The notes under the pieces were generated by a model, which ran no database searches, was not told the DNA's origin, and saw only the letters and a program-made list of their open reading frames with translations. A program made the position numbers and the translations under genes. This document shows positions 33,471 through 43,919 of a DNA stretch of 64,000 nucleotides, one piece after another; position 1 is the stretch's first letter; each line of letters begins with the position of its first letter. Source of the stretch: a virus; the IMG/VR virus record IMGVR_UViG_3300045988_147517, positions 55,186 to 119,185 of that record; one strand, 5' to 3'.

Positions 33471-35006
33471 ATGTTTATTGAAAATTTACGAAATACTTTA
33501 AATGATGAAAAACAACTGACAGAGAATGGCGCTTTAGGGTATAAGACCAGCGGGCATAAGCTTGTTGATTTAAACTTTAGAGCTTCTACACTTCGGTATG
33601 AAGAAGATGAAAAAATCAAAAGTGCGTTTCTAGACGCTTTTGCACAAGAGCCAGAAATGGCAGTTAAGTGGTTATTCTTTGCGAGAGATATTCGTGAGGG
33701 TATGGGAGAACGTAGAGTGTTTAGAGTTATCATTCAACACCTGTGTAATTCTTATCCCGACCAAATGTGTGAAATTTTGGAATACATTCCAGAGTATGGG
33801 AGATGGGACGATTTAATTTATATCATTAAGAGAAGAGTTCCTGATAAAATTTTCAACAAGGTAGTTGGTATCATTGTAAATCAATTACGTGAAGATATGG
33901 AAAATGCATTAAATGGCAAAAACATTTCGCTTCTTGCTAAATGGATGCCAAGTGAAAAGTCCCATAATAAAGAAGCGCGCAATGTAGCCTACAAGGCTAT
34001 GAGTTTTCTTGGATTAACTCCTAGGAATTATCGTAAGATGATTTCTGGATTAAGGAAAACTCTTGATGTGGTAGAGCGTAAAATGAGTGCAAATGAATGG
34101 TCGTTTATTAATTATTCATCCGTTCCTTCAAATGCGAATTTGAAATACAGGAATGCATTCAATAGACATGACCATGAAAGATATAATGACTTCTTAACGA
34201 AAGTATTGACAAAAGAAGCTAAAATGAATTCTTCAACATTGTATCCTCATGAAATTGTTAAAAAATATAGAAGTGACGATATGTGGGAGGTTAGTTATTT
34301 CCCCGAATTTGAACCTGATTTAGAGGCATTGTGGAAATCCTTACCACGAGACAACTCTCTTAAGGATACAATTGTTGTTAGTGATGGCAGTGGCAGTATG
34401 TATACTACTGCGTATGGCGTTCAACCAATTGATGTTGCACAAGCACTTGCTATTTATTTTTCAGAAACCTGTCAGGGAGAATTTAAGGATAAATATATCA
34501 CGTTCAGCCAAACACCACAGTTAGTAGATTTTGGTAAGGCAGAGAATTTATTAGATAAGTTAAAAATTATTGATAAATATAACGAGGTTGCTAATACAGA
34601 TATCGAAGCTGTGTTTGACTTAATCCTAAAAGTCGCTACAGATGCTCATATGGCGCAGGAGGAAATTCCTAAGAATATCCTAATCATTAGCGATATGGAG
34701 TTTGATAGCGCTACATCTGCTCCGTTTTTTAGTGATGAACCATCAAGAGTGAATAAAACGTTATTTGATAGTATCTCTGAAAAATATCATAATGCTGGAT
34801 ATGAAATGCCAAAATTAATTTTCTGGAATGTGTTATCGAGAACCAATACCATTCCATTAAAGGAAAATGATTTGGGGGTGGCGCTATTAAGCGGATATTC
34901 TCCGGTTATTGCAGATATGATTATGTCGGGTAGGTTAGACCCATATAGCATTTTAATTGAAAAATTAAATAGCGAAAGATATAAAGATATTAAATTTAAA
35001 TTATAA
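33471..35006 (+). CDS. DUF2828-like / von Willebrand A (vWA) domain protein
   Basis: N-terminal TENGALGYKTSG...FFARDIREGMGERRVF; MIDAS-type VVSDGSGSM in the C-terminal half. Confidence 0.6.
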   Translation: MFIENLRNTLNDEKQLTENGALGYKTSGHKLVDLNFRASTLRYEEDEKIKSAFLDAFAQEPEMAVKWLFFARDIREGMGERRVFRVIIQHLCNSYPDQMCEILEYIPEYGRWDDLIYIIKRRVPDKIFNKVVGIIVNQLREDMENALNGKNISLLAKWMPSEKSHNKEARNVAYKAMSFLGLTPRNYRKMISGLRKTLDVVERKMSANEWSFINYSSVPSNANLKYRNAFNRHDHERYNDFLTKVLTKEAKMNSSTLYPHEIVKKYRSDDMWEVSYFPEFEPDLEALWKSLPRDNSLKDTIVVSDGSGSMYTTAYGVQPIDVAQALAIYFSETCQGEFKDKYITFSQTPQLVDFGKAENLLDKLKIIDKYNEVANTDIEAVFDLILKVATDAHMAQEEIPKNILIISDMEFDSATSAPFFSDEPSRVNKTLFDSISEKYHNAGYEMPKLIFWNVLSRTNTIPLKENDLGVALLSGYSPVIADMIMSGRLDPYSILIEKLNSERYKDIKFKL

Positions 35007-35027
35007 TAATTAAAACAAACTTACACT

Positions 35028-35050
35028 AGCCCGCTTGGCGGGCTTTTATT
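35028..35050 (+). terminator. rho-independent terminator
   Basis: Stem AGCCCGC/GCGGGCT (35028-35034 / 35038-35044) plus TTTT. Confidence 0.75.
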
Positions 35051-35090
35051 ATACGAAAAATTATAGGAATTATAGAAGGAGTGTAAAGTT

Positions 35091-35372
35091 ATGACAAGAA
35101 ATGAACTGTATAGGAAAGTTAGTAAGGCAACAGGAGTCAAGCAAGACGACGTAAAGGAAATAGGCAACGCTATTTTTGACTTGATTAAGACAACTGTTTG
35201 CACAGGTGAAAAAGTTTCAATTTCGAAATTTGGAACTTTTAATCCAAAGGTATATAAACCACATACATTTTTTAATCCTCTAACTCAGGAATATAGCAAT
35301 ATCTCGGCCCGCGCTGTTCCTAAGTTCTATCCATCACAAGACTTTAGAGAAGGTTGCAAGTCCGATGGCTAA
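35091..35372 (+). CDS. HU/IHF-family DNA-binding protein
   Basis: MTRNELYRKVSKATGV...KFGTFNPKVYKPHTFFNPLT...ARAVPKF is the typical HU fold pattern. Confidence 0.8.
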   Translation: MTRNELYRKVSKATGVKQDDVKEIGNAIFDLIKTTVCTGEKVSISKFGTFNPKVYKPHTFFNPLTQEYSNISARAVPKFYPSQDFREGCKSDG

Positions 35373-35577
35373 GTATGGAATCACAAAAAGTGTTGGCCTA
35401 AAGATTGTAGGTATGCTTGATATTCGAATGGAAGAAGAGCGAGTATATGTAGAAATTGAAGGGCAGACACATTCACTGGCGCTTTTATTAGAAGAATATG
35501 ACGGGCAGGACGTAACAATTACTACTGGTATGGATGTAATGCCAGAAGGATTGGTGCCAGAAGAGGATGAGGAATGA
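35365..35577 (+). CDS. small hypothetical protein
   Basis: 70-aa ORF overlapping both neighbours. Confidence 0.5.
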   Translation: MAKYGITKSVGLKIVGMLDIRMEEERVYVEIEGQTHSLALLLEEYDGQDVTITTGMDVMPEGLVPEEDEE

Positions 35578-36794
35578 ACTTAGAGAGATTGAAAGACGAG
35601 ACTAATTATGAATATCATAAGCGCTTAGTTTATGGAAAACTAGTCGACAAAACATTAGATGCGGACTATACAGAAATAGCGCCATATCTATATGGTAGGG
35701 AATATGCCCCTGATGTAGCAAGGCGTATGATGTATGGTAGCAGGGCAACTTTAGATATATTAGAATCTGAGGTTGAAAGTTTATTAGATACAGATGAAGA
35801 CGATTACATATCGTCTATCGAATATAAAAAAGTAGAATTACAAAAAGAGCGTATTAAGCTACAGACAGAAAAACAAGAATATAATAAGTGGGTACGCGAA
35901 GATGCCCGAGAAGAACAATTTTTAGAAAAAATTATAGAAGCAATGAAAGAATGTAGCCCCCCCCGCAAGGCTAATGTATTAGTTAGCGAGGGTAATTTAG
36001 CGCATCATAAAGAAGGTGTGCTATGTTTTGCTGATTGCCATTATGGAAAAGAGTTTGTTATTTATGGGCTTGAGGGCGAAATCCTCAATCAATATAGCCC
36101 AGAAACATTTTTCTTAAGAATGGATATGCTTTTGACAGAAACTATCAAAAGAGGACACGAAAATAATCTGAACAAAATCAAAGTATTATTTTTGGGTGAC
36201 GCTCTTGATGGTTTCCTTAGACACTCACAACTTAAAACGTTAAGGGAGGGTGTTGTTGATAGCGCAATTAGCTATGGTCGTTACATGTCAGATTGGTTAT
36301 ACAAACTATCACAAGAATTTTTTGTAGAATATTATCAAGTATGTGGTAATCATGGAGAATTACGTCTCTTAGATGGTCGTAAAGAAGAACATCTTGACGA
36401 TAATATAGAAAAGATTACTCTTGAAATTATACGTGCTTATAATATTAATAATCAAAATTTAAAGATAGTAGAGAACAAATCGGGTAATATATATACAAAC
36501 ATTTGCGGATATAATGTTTTAGGTATCCATGGAGAGTTCAAAGACTCTAAAAATGCTATGAGAGATTATATTGCCGCATATGATAAGGATATTGATTATT
36601 TGATTTGCGGTCATAAACATCATTCTTCTTTAGTAAATTGTGGATATCGAAAGTATGTTATCGGCATAGGAAGTATCGTTGGGATAGACGATTATAGTAT
36701 GAAGATACTAAAGACATCCGAAGCAAGTGCGAACTTTTTAATATTTGAAGAAGGAAAAGGAAAGACAATTGACTACTCTATTATCTTGAATTAA
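35574..36794 (+). CDS. calcineurin-like metallophosphoesterase
   Basis: FLGDALDG, GNHGE, GIHGE and GHKHH motifs. Confidence 0.7.
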   Translation: MNLERLKDETNYEYHKRLVYGKLVDKTLDADYTEIAPYLYGREYAPDVARRMMYGSRATLDILESEVESLLDTDEDDYISSIEYKKVELQKERIKLQTEKQEYNKWVREDAREEQFLEKIIEAMKECSPPRKANVLVSEGNLAHHKEGVLCFADCHYGKEFVIYGLEGEILNQYSPETFFLRMDMLLTETIKRGHENNLNKIKVLFLGDALDGFLRHSQLKTLREGVVDSAISYGRYMSDWLYKLSQEFFVEYYQVCGNHGELRLLDGRKEEHLDDNIEKITLEIIRAYNINNQNLKIVENKSGNIYTNICGYNVLGIHGEFKDSKNAMRDYIAAYDKDIDYLICGHKHHSSLVNCGYRKYVIGIGSIVGIDDYSMKILKTSEASANFLIFEEGKGKTIDYSIILN

Positions 36795-36815
36795 TATTTC
36801 AAAAAGGAGAAAATA

Positions 36816-37565
36816 ATGAGAGATGAAAAGGGTAGGGCTTTTAGCCTAAAAGAATCCGAAAAACAATACGCCACACAACGTCTTGGTGGTGGCATGATTA
36901 GTGACGAGCAAATTATAAGTGTTTCTGCAAGTAAAATTACAGGTGGAGATGTCCCCGGTGCGGGTACATTAGAAAATGCACTCACTATTAGAGAGAGTGG
37001 AAAAGATGATATTGTGTTTGATGGCGCTCAACCAGAAACAATTACAATACCCATTGTTGAACAGTCGTTAAGCAATTCATCTTTGAATGCCATTTCAAAT
37101 AAGGCAGTAACACTTGCATTGGCTGACAAAGCGCCAAATAGTGGTAGTGCACCTAATTTAACTGTAGGTGTTGCAAATAAAACAAAGTCACCGCTTACAT
37201 TTACTGGCGCGTCAACGGGCACATTTGATGGTTCGGCGGCACTTTCTATTAATATTCCAGAAGCGCCAACAGTTCCAACTAAAACAAGTGAGCTTACAAA
37301 TGACAGTGGATTTTTAACATCAGTTCCGGCTGAGTATGTTACGGACACTGAATTGACAGCAAAAGGCTACCAGACATCTTCTGATGTTTCTGGCGCTATT
37401 ACAACAGCATTAACCCCTTATTTAAAGAGTGCGGATGCTGATACTACTTACGTTAAAACAGCAGATTTAACAAACGCAATTAATACGGCTGTACAGGCGG
37501 CACTGGCTAATTATTACACAAAAGCAGAAGCAGATGACCGTTTTGCTCCGAAAGCAACTTCCTAA
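36816..37565 (+). CDS. fibre-like structural protein
   Basis: Ala/Thr/Ser-rich with the SELTNDSGFLT motif common in phage fibre proteins. Confidence 0.5.
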   Translation: MRDEKGRAFSLKESEKQYATQRLGGGMISDEQIISVSASKITGGDVPGAGTLENALTIRESGKDDIVFDGAQPETITIPIVEQSLSNSSLNAISNKAVTLALADKAPNSGSAPNLTVGVANKTKSPLTFTGASTGTFDGSAALSINIPEAPTVPTKTSELTNDSGFLTSVPAEYVTDTELTAKGYQTSSDVSGAITTALTPYLKSADADTTYVKTADLTNAINTAVQAALANYYTKAEADDRFAPKATS

Positions 37566-37578
37566 GGAGGAAATTTAG

Positions 37579-38088
37579 ATGGCTAAAAGAAATGTCTTTT
37601 TAAAACCAAACGATGTATTTTCATTGAGTAAAATGGAAACACTTAATGTTATTACTATTAAACCATTAGAGTTTATGTCTACTACTATTGGCACGTCGCT
37701 GGCTGGTATTCAAGTTCTGCTACAGGGCAAGCCATTTGAAATGGTACCGTTCGCGTCTATTGATAGCGCGGATAATATCGGTAAATTTACAGTCGACACA
37801 AATAATCAGCTTTTGCTGTTTGTTGATAATACACAGATTCAAACTGAACAGCAGGCAAGAGATTATGTGTGGGGCATTGTTGTCATTTACGAAATGAAAG
37901 AATTAAAAGTGGCAGATAATATCCCAACGTATGTTTGCGAGTCTTTTGATAGCAACGGCTATCAGGTGAGTGAAACACTTGCATCACCGTTGCCAGAGGT
38001 TATGAATAAGATTAAGTGCTTGGATAACATACTAGATATTAACGAAACTGGTTATTATTATCATATTTTAACACGAAATATGAATTAA
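37579..38088 (+). CDS. hypothetical protein
   Basis: 169-aa ORF, GGAGG RBS. Confidence 0.6.
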   Translation: MAKRNVFLKPNDVFSLSKMETLNVITIKPLEFMSTTIGTSLAGIQVLLQGKPFEMVPFASIDSADNIGKFTVDTNNQLLLFVDNTQIQTEQQARDYVWGIVVIYEMKELKVADNIPTYVCESFDSNGYQVSETLASPLPEVMNKIKCLDNILDINETGYYYHILTRNMN

Positions 38089-38099
38089 GTAAAGATGTT

Positions 38100-38122
38100 G
38101 CCCCAATTATATTGGGGCTTTT
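38100..38122 (+). terminator. rho-independent terminator
   Basis: Stem GCCCCA/TGGGGC (38100-38105 / 38113-38118) plus TTTT. Confidence 0.65.
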
Positions 38123-38137
38123 ACAATGAGGTGAATA

Positions 38138-39142
38138 ATGGGAAGAAGCGTAATAAAAGCGCCAGAAGAAATGTTCACCTGTATCGAATGTAATGAGAAA
38201 AAGCGAAAAGCTGATTTCTATAAATCATATCATCCAGATAGCAAGGACGGGATAATTCCTTATTGTAAAGAATGCTCTCGTAAAAAATGTTCGGATGAAA
38301 AAGGTAGAGTAGTTAAAGAGAAGTTAATGAACTTCCTTAAGGATGAAAATGTTAATAAGCCATTTATAGAAGAAGTGTGGAATATTAGTGTTTCTGATAA
38401 AAGAGAAACGCTTGGCATATATATGCGTAACCTAGCTTTAACAAAGTACAGAGATATGGGTTGGAGTGACGGAGAAACAAATGCGTACACTGGCGGTTTA
38501 ACAATAGATGATTTAGATGGAAGTTATCATAGTACGGATTTTGAAGTAACACCAGAAATTATGAAAATGTTTGGTGAAGGGTATTCAGAAATGGAATATA
38601 AAGTCATGTATGATAAATATGATAAACTAAGTCCGTTTTATGCAATGCCTACTCCATTCCATCGGGAAGCTTTAATGAATTACGTTAGGGCAAAAGCAAA
38701 AGAGGAAGTTGCTATTACCCAGAATAGAATGACTGATGCTAAGTTTTGGGGCGATATTGCTCGTCAAGCGGCAAAGGATGCTAACATAAATCCTAGCCAG
38801 CTAAGAGAGCAGGATACAAAAGATGGTTTAAATAGCTTTTCTAAGATATATGAAGAAGTGGAACGTGCTGTTGACATCGTTCCAATATTACCAAAATTCA
38901 AACACCGCCCAGCGGATTCAGCAGATTTTATTATTTATACCGAGGCTCTTTATGTAAGAGATTTATTAGGAATGCCGCCATGTTCTTATGAGGATGTTTA
39001 TTCGTTCTATGATAGAGCGGTAAATTCTTATCTGGAACGATATGGTGATAAATATGGTATTTTTACAGATGACCCAACTATGGAAAATAGGCCAAGAATA
39101 CGAGCATTTCTAGATGAATGTAAGGATATCGTAGATGGCTAG
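38138..39142 (+). CDS. zinc-finger protein, possible small terminase subunit (by position only)
   Basis: CIECNEKK...CKECSRKK; overlaps the start of the large terminase gene. Confidence 0.35.
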   Translation: MGRSVIKAPEEMFTCIECNEKKRKADFYKSYHPDSKDGIIPYCKECSRKKCSDEKGRVVKEKLMNFLKDENVNKPFIEEVWNISVSDKRETLGIYMRNLALTKYRDMGWSDGETNAYTGGLTIDDLDGSYHSTDFEVTPEIMKMFGEGYSEMEYKVMYDKYDKLSPFYAMPTPFHREALMNYVRAKAKEEVAITQNRMTDAKFWGDIARQAAKDANINPSQLREQDTKDGLNSFSKIYEEVERAVDIVPILPKFKHRPADSADFIIYTEALYVRDLLGMPPCSYEDVYSFYDRAVNSYLERYGDKYGIFTDDPTMENRPRIRAFLDECKDIVDG

Positions 39143-42100
39143 TTATAACAATTTTAGTCAAGCTGTTCAGCGGGAACACCAAAGGCGCGCTGGTCTGTTA
39201 GGTGAAGTTAACACAGTAAAATTTAAAAGTGATGGTATGCAGGATTCTTTTGATAGAAATTTAGATAAATGGATTTATTTTTCGTCATGGAGTCGCTGGT
39301 ACCCAGATTTGTTTTTAGATTTAATTCACCCTAGTGACGGTGGTATTGTATTAGATTTAGACCAAAGAGTATTCCTAAGAAGCATATTAAGATTTGTGAG
39401 TGTATACGGAGTGTACCCCCGTGCATATGGAAAATGCGAAAGCTTGAATAGTTATTTGTATACCGACAAAGGAATGTTACAGCTCTCAGATTTTATTGAT
39501 AGCAAATATGAATATCATGCATCTGATTTCGACACAGTCAATAAATATGGTGAAATGGAGCATACCTACTTGGCCACATATAATGGGTATAAACCAACAC
39601 TTAAGATTAAGACGAAGTATGGGTATGATAATGAATGCACAGATAATCACAGGCTTATGGTTATGGAAGAAGATGGGAATCTCGCTTGGAAATATGCTAG
39701 AGATATTAGAGTTGGAGATTATATATGTGTAAATCGTCATAATAATATATGGGGAAATTTAACAGATATATCTTATGCTACAAATAATCTTTGTGAAAAT
39801 ATTTCTAAGTTATGTAATAAATATAACTTTATCACTGAGAATACACCAGATTTTTCTTATTTAATAGGGTTATTAGTTGGGGATGGCAACACAACACTTA
39901 AATCACAAATTACCTTAACATCGGCTGATAGTGAAATTTCAGATTTCTTTATTAAGTATGTTAAAGATAATTTTTCTTATGATGTTCAAAAATATGGAAA
40001 GTATGAATATAAAATCTATTCGACTTATTTAAGAAAATGTCTATATAATTTGGGCATAAAATATGATACGTCTCATACAAAGGAGATTCCGAGATTTATC
40101 CGACAATCACCAAAAGAATGCTGTAGAGGTTTTTTACAGGGGTTATTTGACACTGATGGTGGTGTAGAGCAAAAAATTGTTTCATATGCTACTACTAGCG
40201 AAGAACTTAGTAGGCAAGTACAATTAATGTTATTGAATTTTGGAATTATTTCTAAAAGAGTATTTTGTGACAGAGGTGAGTTTAATCATTGGCGCATTTA
40301 TATAATGGGAGAGAATGTTAATATTTTCTATAGCAATATCGGATTTAGGTTAAGTAGGAAGCAGGAACAACTTAGGTCGATATTAAAACCTGTTAATGAA
40401 ATAAATACGAACACAAATTATATACCATACCAGAAAGACAATGTAAATGACTTCTTTGAATATATTAAGAAAAAAGGAGAGCATAATTCTCAAATATTTG
40501 ATAAATTTTATCATGTAAGAAAAGGAAATAATGAACTAACATATAACAAAGCTACCATTTTATTGGATGAATTCCACTCTTTTAAAGATTGCGGAGACGC
40601 TCCACAATTATTTGGTATAATAGAAAGAGATTATTTTTATACTCCTGTTGTTGGAATTGAAAATTCTGTTGCGGAAACAGGGGATATAAATATGCCGGAC
40701 ACTAATTCATGGATATGTAATGGAGTTGTATCTCATAATACCTTTATAGAAGTTTTATCCTTATTCTTAATATGTATGTTTTATCCGAATATCGAAGTAG
40801 CTATGACCGCACAAACTCAAGCGAATGCGGCTAAGATGCTAAAAGATAAGTATAATGAAATCATACGATATTGGCCTATATTAAAAGATGAAATAAGTGG
40901 ACGGCCAAGTTTCAACAAAGATACTGCCGAGATAAGGTTTGTCAATGGCTCTATTATGAATGTATTGGCGAATAACCAAAACAGTAAAGGGCAGAGACGT
41001 AAAAGAATTAATATTGAAGAGTCTGCGCTACTTGACAACGTAGTGTTCGACGATGCTTTAAAGCCAATTGTTGACTTCCCACGATATACTGTTGGTAAAT
41101 TGGCCATGGTTAATCCAGAAGAAATCAGCCAGAGAATTGATTTCTTCACGACAGCGGGTTTTCGTGGTTCAGATGAACACAACCGAAGCATTAATATGGT
41201 GGAAGGTATGGCAAATAATTCTGGCGAGTTTGTTACTGGCGCTGATTGGAAGTTGGCCGCATGGTATGGCCGTGGTACAACCGTTGAGCAAATGGCTCAG
41301 AGAAGAAAATCTAGCTCCTCCATATCTTTTGCTCAGAACTATGAAAGTAGATGGGTTGGTGCTTCTGAGAATCAGTTAGTTGACATCAACAGATTGTTAT
41401 CGTGTAGAAACTTATCATTACCAGAATTTGAACGGGAAGATGATAACGATGAGTATGTATTTGGCATTGACGTTGCTCGTTCTCAAAAAGATGACAATAA
41501 TAGAAGTTCAGTATCCATATTAAAGATTATTAGACATTCTAACAATTCGGTAAAAGAGATAAGACTGGTTAATCTTATTATTATTCCAAATGCTTACACA
41601 TTTACAGCACAAGCCATAGAGATAAAGAGGCTCTATAATGTCTTTAGGCCAAAAATGTGCGTTATAGATGTTAACGGTTTGGGCGTTGGGCTTAAAGATG
41701 AACTTCTAAAAACCCAGATAGACCCGGGCACAGGTGAGAGTTTGGTTGCATGGGATACAATCAATACTGGTGATGAATCTGAGGTTGTTGGCGCTGAGCA
41801 ATGTTTATATGGATTATATCCTCAGCAGGCTCAAAGCAAAATTACAGTTACATTTATGGATATTGTAAGTAGTGGCAAGTTACGTTTGTTAGAACTTAAA
41901 GATGATTCTTCTTTAGATTTATTCTCTAAGGATGATGTTTTGGCGTATGCGCCATTCAAACAAACTGATGAACTGGTTAATGAGATTATTAACCTTAAGG
42001 TAAAATATAATAATAACGGTTCTCTTGGGATTGAACGTGTTGTTAATAATATTGATAAGGATAGATATACATCCTTAGCATATGGTGTATGGTGGATTAT

Positions 42101-42221
42101 GGAATTTGATAATCAAGCTAATAGCGAAGATGGCACGATGTCACAATTCTTTAAGAAAGTTAATAGGAATGCTATAACTGGTGGTTCGCCTACACGTTTA
42201 ATAAAAAAAATATTTCGCTAA
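39135..42221 (+). CDS. terL: terminase large subunit precursor (contains an intein)
   Basis: Walker A YPRAYGK/T is split by the intein. Downstream ATPase region and RNaseH-like nuclease (VFGIDVARS). Confidence 0.8.
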   Translation: MASYNNFSQAVQREHQRRAGLLGEVNTVKFKSDGMQDSFDRNLDKWIYFSSWSRWYPDLFLDLIHPSDGGIVLDLDQRVFLRSILRFVSVYGVYPRAYGKCESLNSYLYTDKGMLQLSDFIDSKYEYHASDFDTVNKYGEMEHTYLATYNGYKPTLKIKTKYGYDNECTDNHRLMVMEEDGNLAWKYARDIRVGDYICVNRHNNIWGNLTDISYATNNLCENISKLCNKYNFITENTPDFSYLIGLLVGDGNTTLKSQITLTSADSEISDFFIKYVKDNFSYDVQKYGKYEYKIYSTYLRKCLYNLGIKYDTSHTKEIPRFIRQSPKECCRGFLQGLFDTDGGVEQKIVSYATTSEELSRQVQLMLLNFGIISKRVFCDRGEFNHWRIYIMGENVNIFYSNIGFRLSRKQEQLRSILKPVNEINTNTNYIPYQKDNVNDFFEYIKKKGEHNSQIFDKFYHVRKGNNELTYNKATILLDEFHSFKDCGDAPQLFGIIERDYFYTPVVGIENSVAETGDINMPDTNSWICNGVVSHNTFIEVLSLFLICMFYPNIEVAMTAQTQANAAKMLKDKYNEIIRYWPILKDEISGRPSFNKDTAEIRFVNGSIMNVLANNQNSKGQRRKRINIEESALLDNVVFDDALKPIVDFPRYTVGKLAMVNPEEISQRIDFFTTAGFRGSDEHNRSINMVEGMANNSGEFVTGADWKLAAWYGRGTTVEQMAQRRKSSSSISFAQNYESRWVGASENQLVDINRLLSCRNLSLPEFEREDDNDEYVFGIDVARSQKDDNNRSSVSILKIIRHSNNSVKEIRLVNLIIIPNAYTFTAQAIEIKRLYNVFRPKMCVIDVNGLGVGLKDELLKTQIDPGTGESLVAWDTINTGDESEVVGAEQCLYGLYPQQAQSKITVTFMDIVSSGKLRLLELKDDSSLDLFSKDDVLAYAPFKQTDELVNEIINLKVKYNNNGSLGIERVVNNIDKDRYTSLAYGVWWIMEFDNQANSEDGTMSQFFKKVNRNAITGGSPTRLIKKIFR
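39435..40739 (+). mobile_element. intein with LAGLIDADG homing-endonuclease domain (435 aa)
   Basis: Starts with Cys (CESLNSYLYTDKG); block B TDNHRLMV; LIGLLVGDGN and LQGLFDTDGG; ends VVSHN followed by Thr +1. Confidence 0.8.
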
Positions 42222-42245
42222 TTATAGAATTTGGGAGGTAGAAGA

Positions 42246-43919
42246 GTGGGAAACAAAGAAAAAAAGAAGAAGCTCATACAGGATAAGCCCGCTACTCCTG
42301 AACAGATGGAGTATATTAACAATACTCTTAAAGGTTTAGGAATGGGCGATTCCATAGAAGAGTTTGCTTCTAGGTTTGTTTCAGATAGTTATAGAGCAAA
42401 TTTTGCTACTACTCTATCAAAACAACTCCAAGCTACTCAGGCGATTGCCGATGGCTATGCCAAAGACGGGACTTTTCAACCTCAACTGTCAGAACAACTT
42501 TATCAACAATTAAATATTAATCCTCTTGTTGCAACATCAGAACAGATTGACAGATGGCTTCAAGAGCCACAGTATTTTGATAATGAACTAAGAGGGTTAT
42601 CACAATATTTAAACTATTCTGTTGGTCAATATCATCGGTCTTTATGGTACTTTAATACTATAAAGTCATTTAACTATGTGTTAAATCCAACAGACATTGA
42701 TAACGTGGATAATGTATCCAACCAAGACTATTTACATGCCTATGAAATTTGCTTAAAAACTCTTAGGAATATGAATATCAAATATCAATTCCCAAAGATT
42801 GATTTGCAAGTAATGGTAGATGGCGTTGGTTTCTATTGGATTGCAGAAACGGATGATACAATTTCATTTTTGCAACTGCCATCTGAGTGGTGTTATATTG
42901 TAGCGCCATGGACATATGGATTCCAGTTTGCATTTGACCTTACATATTTTGATAGATATGTAGGGTTGGAAATTGCCATTCCAGAACTTTATGAGGCATA
43001 TAATCATTTCGTTCGAATGCGAACAAGTACAAATCTTTCACCAGAAAAGATTCAGTATTTACAATATTATCCGGTTCCAGTTGAAAAGAGTTGGGTATTT
43101 ACTTTTGACCCGGTTCATCCAGATAAGGTTCCACCGCTTAGTTCTTCTATGGGTGCGGCCTTAGATGTTATTTCATACAAACAACTTTTGAAGGATATGT
43201 TGGCGCTTGATTTATTCAAGGTTATTGCGCTAAAGATTCCATTAAAAAAAGATGGAAACAACATGGTGCTATCTTATAATGAAGCAAGAGAAATAACTCA
43301 GGTTATTCAAGATTCATTACCTGAAAACATTATCGCATATTCTTCCCCATTTGATTCTGAAAGCATTTCAGTTAATCAGACGGATAGATTTTCAGATATT
43401 GTTGGCATTTCTAATAATACATTTTATAGTAATGTCGGTGTTTCTGATGGTAATTTTGGCTCTAATCAAATTAGACAGGGGACTGCGCTACAGTTTGCGT
43501 CCACAGTTGATTTTGCTTATGCTAGTACGCATATGTATTCTCAGTTTTCTAATTGTGTTAATTGGATTTTATCACAAAAGACGAGAAAATACAAGTTCAA
43601 TGTTTCCTTTTTTGGAAATAAATTGAACGACCAAGCGGAAACGAAGTCATATGCAGATTTGGTTAGAACTGCAAATATGCCTGTAATGAAGTTGTTTGCA
43701 TACGCTGGGTTTGAACCATTTGAGGTAATTTCCACATTGCGACTTGAATCTGAATTAGGAATCAAGGATTTGATGGAACCACTTACGAGTGCATTCCAGA
43801 AGTCAGCAAAGGATAGCGGAAAACCTAACGGAAGACCAAAACAAGATGTTGTCTCTGACGAAGGGCAGAAGAGCAGGGATTACGGACCGATTTCCCCGTA
43901 TGGTATAAGGGATGAGTAA
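42246..43919 (+). CDS. portal protein (by position and size)
   Basis: About 557 aa immediately after terL. GTG 42246 lies 7 nt after GGGAGGT; the track uses TTG 42231. Confidence 0.55.
   Translation: MGNKEKKKKLIQDKPATPEQMEYINNTLKGLGMGDSIEEFASRFVSDSYRANFATTLSKQLQATQAIADGYAKDGTFQPQLSEQLYQQLNINPLVATSEQIDRWLQEPQYFDNELRGLSQYLNYSVGQYHRSLWYFNTIKSFNYVLNPTDIDNVDNVSNQDYLHAYEICLKTLRNMNIKYQFPKIDLQVMVDGVGFYWIAETDDTISFLQLPSEWCYIVAPWTYGFQFAFDLTYFDRYVGLEIAIPELYEAYNHFVRMRTSTNLSPEKIQYLQYYPVPVEKSWVFTFDPVHPDKVPPLSSSMGAALDVISYKQLLKDMLALDLFKVIALKIPLKKDGNNMVLSYNEAREITQVIQDSLPENIIAYSSPFDSESISVNQTDRFSDIVGISNNTFYSNVGVSDGNFGSNQIRQGTALQFASTVDFAYASTHMYSQFSNCVNWILSQKTRKYKFNVSFFGNKLNDQAETKSYADLVRTANMPVMKLFAYAGFEPFEVISTLRLESELGIKDLMEPLTSAFQKSAKDSGKPNGRPKQDVVSDEGQKSRDYGPISPYGIRDE

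Noticed and set aside
32848-33733. Minus-strand ORFs 32848..33120, 33190..33384 and 33443..33733
   Set aside because: They overlap the two tRNA genes or the start of the vWA gene in antisense and have no RBS.
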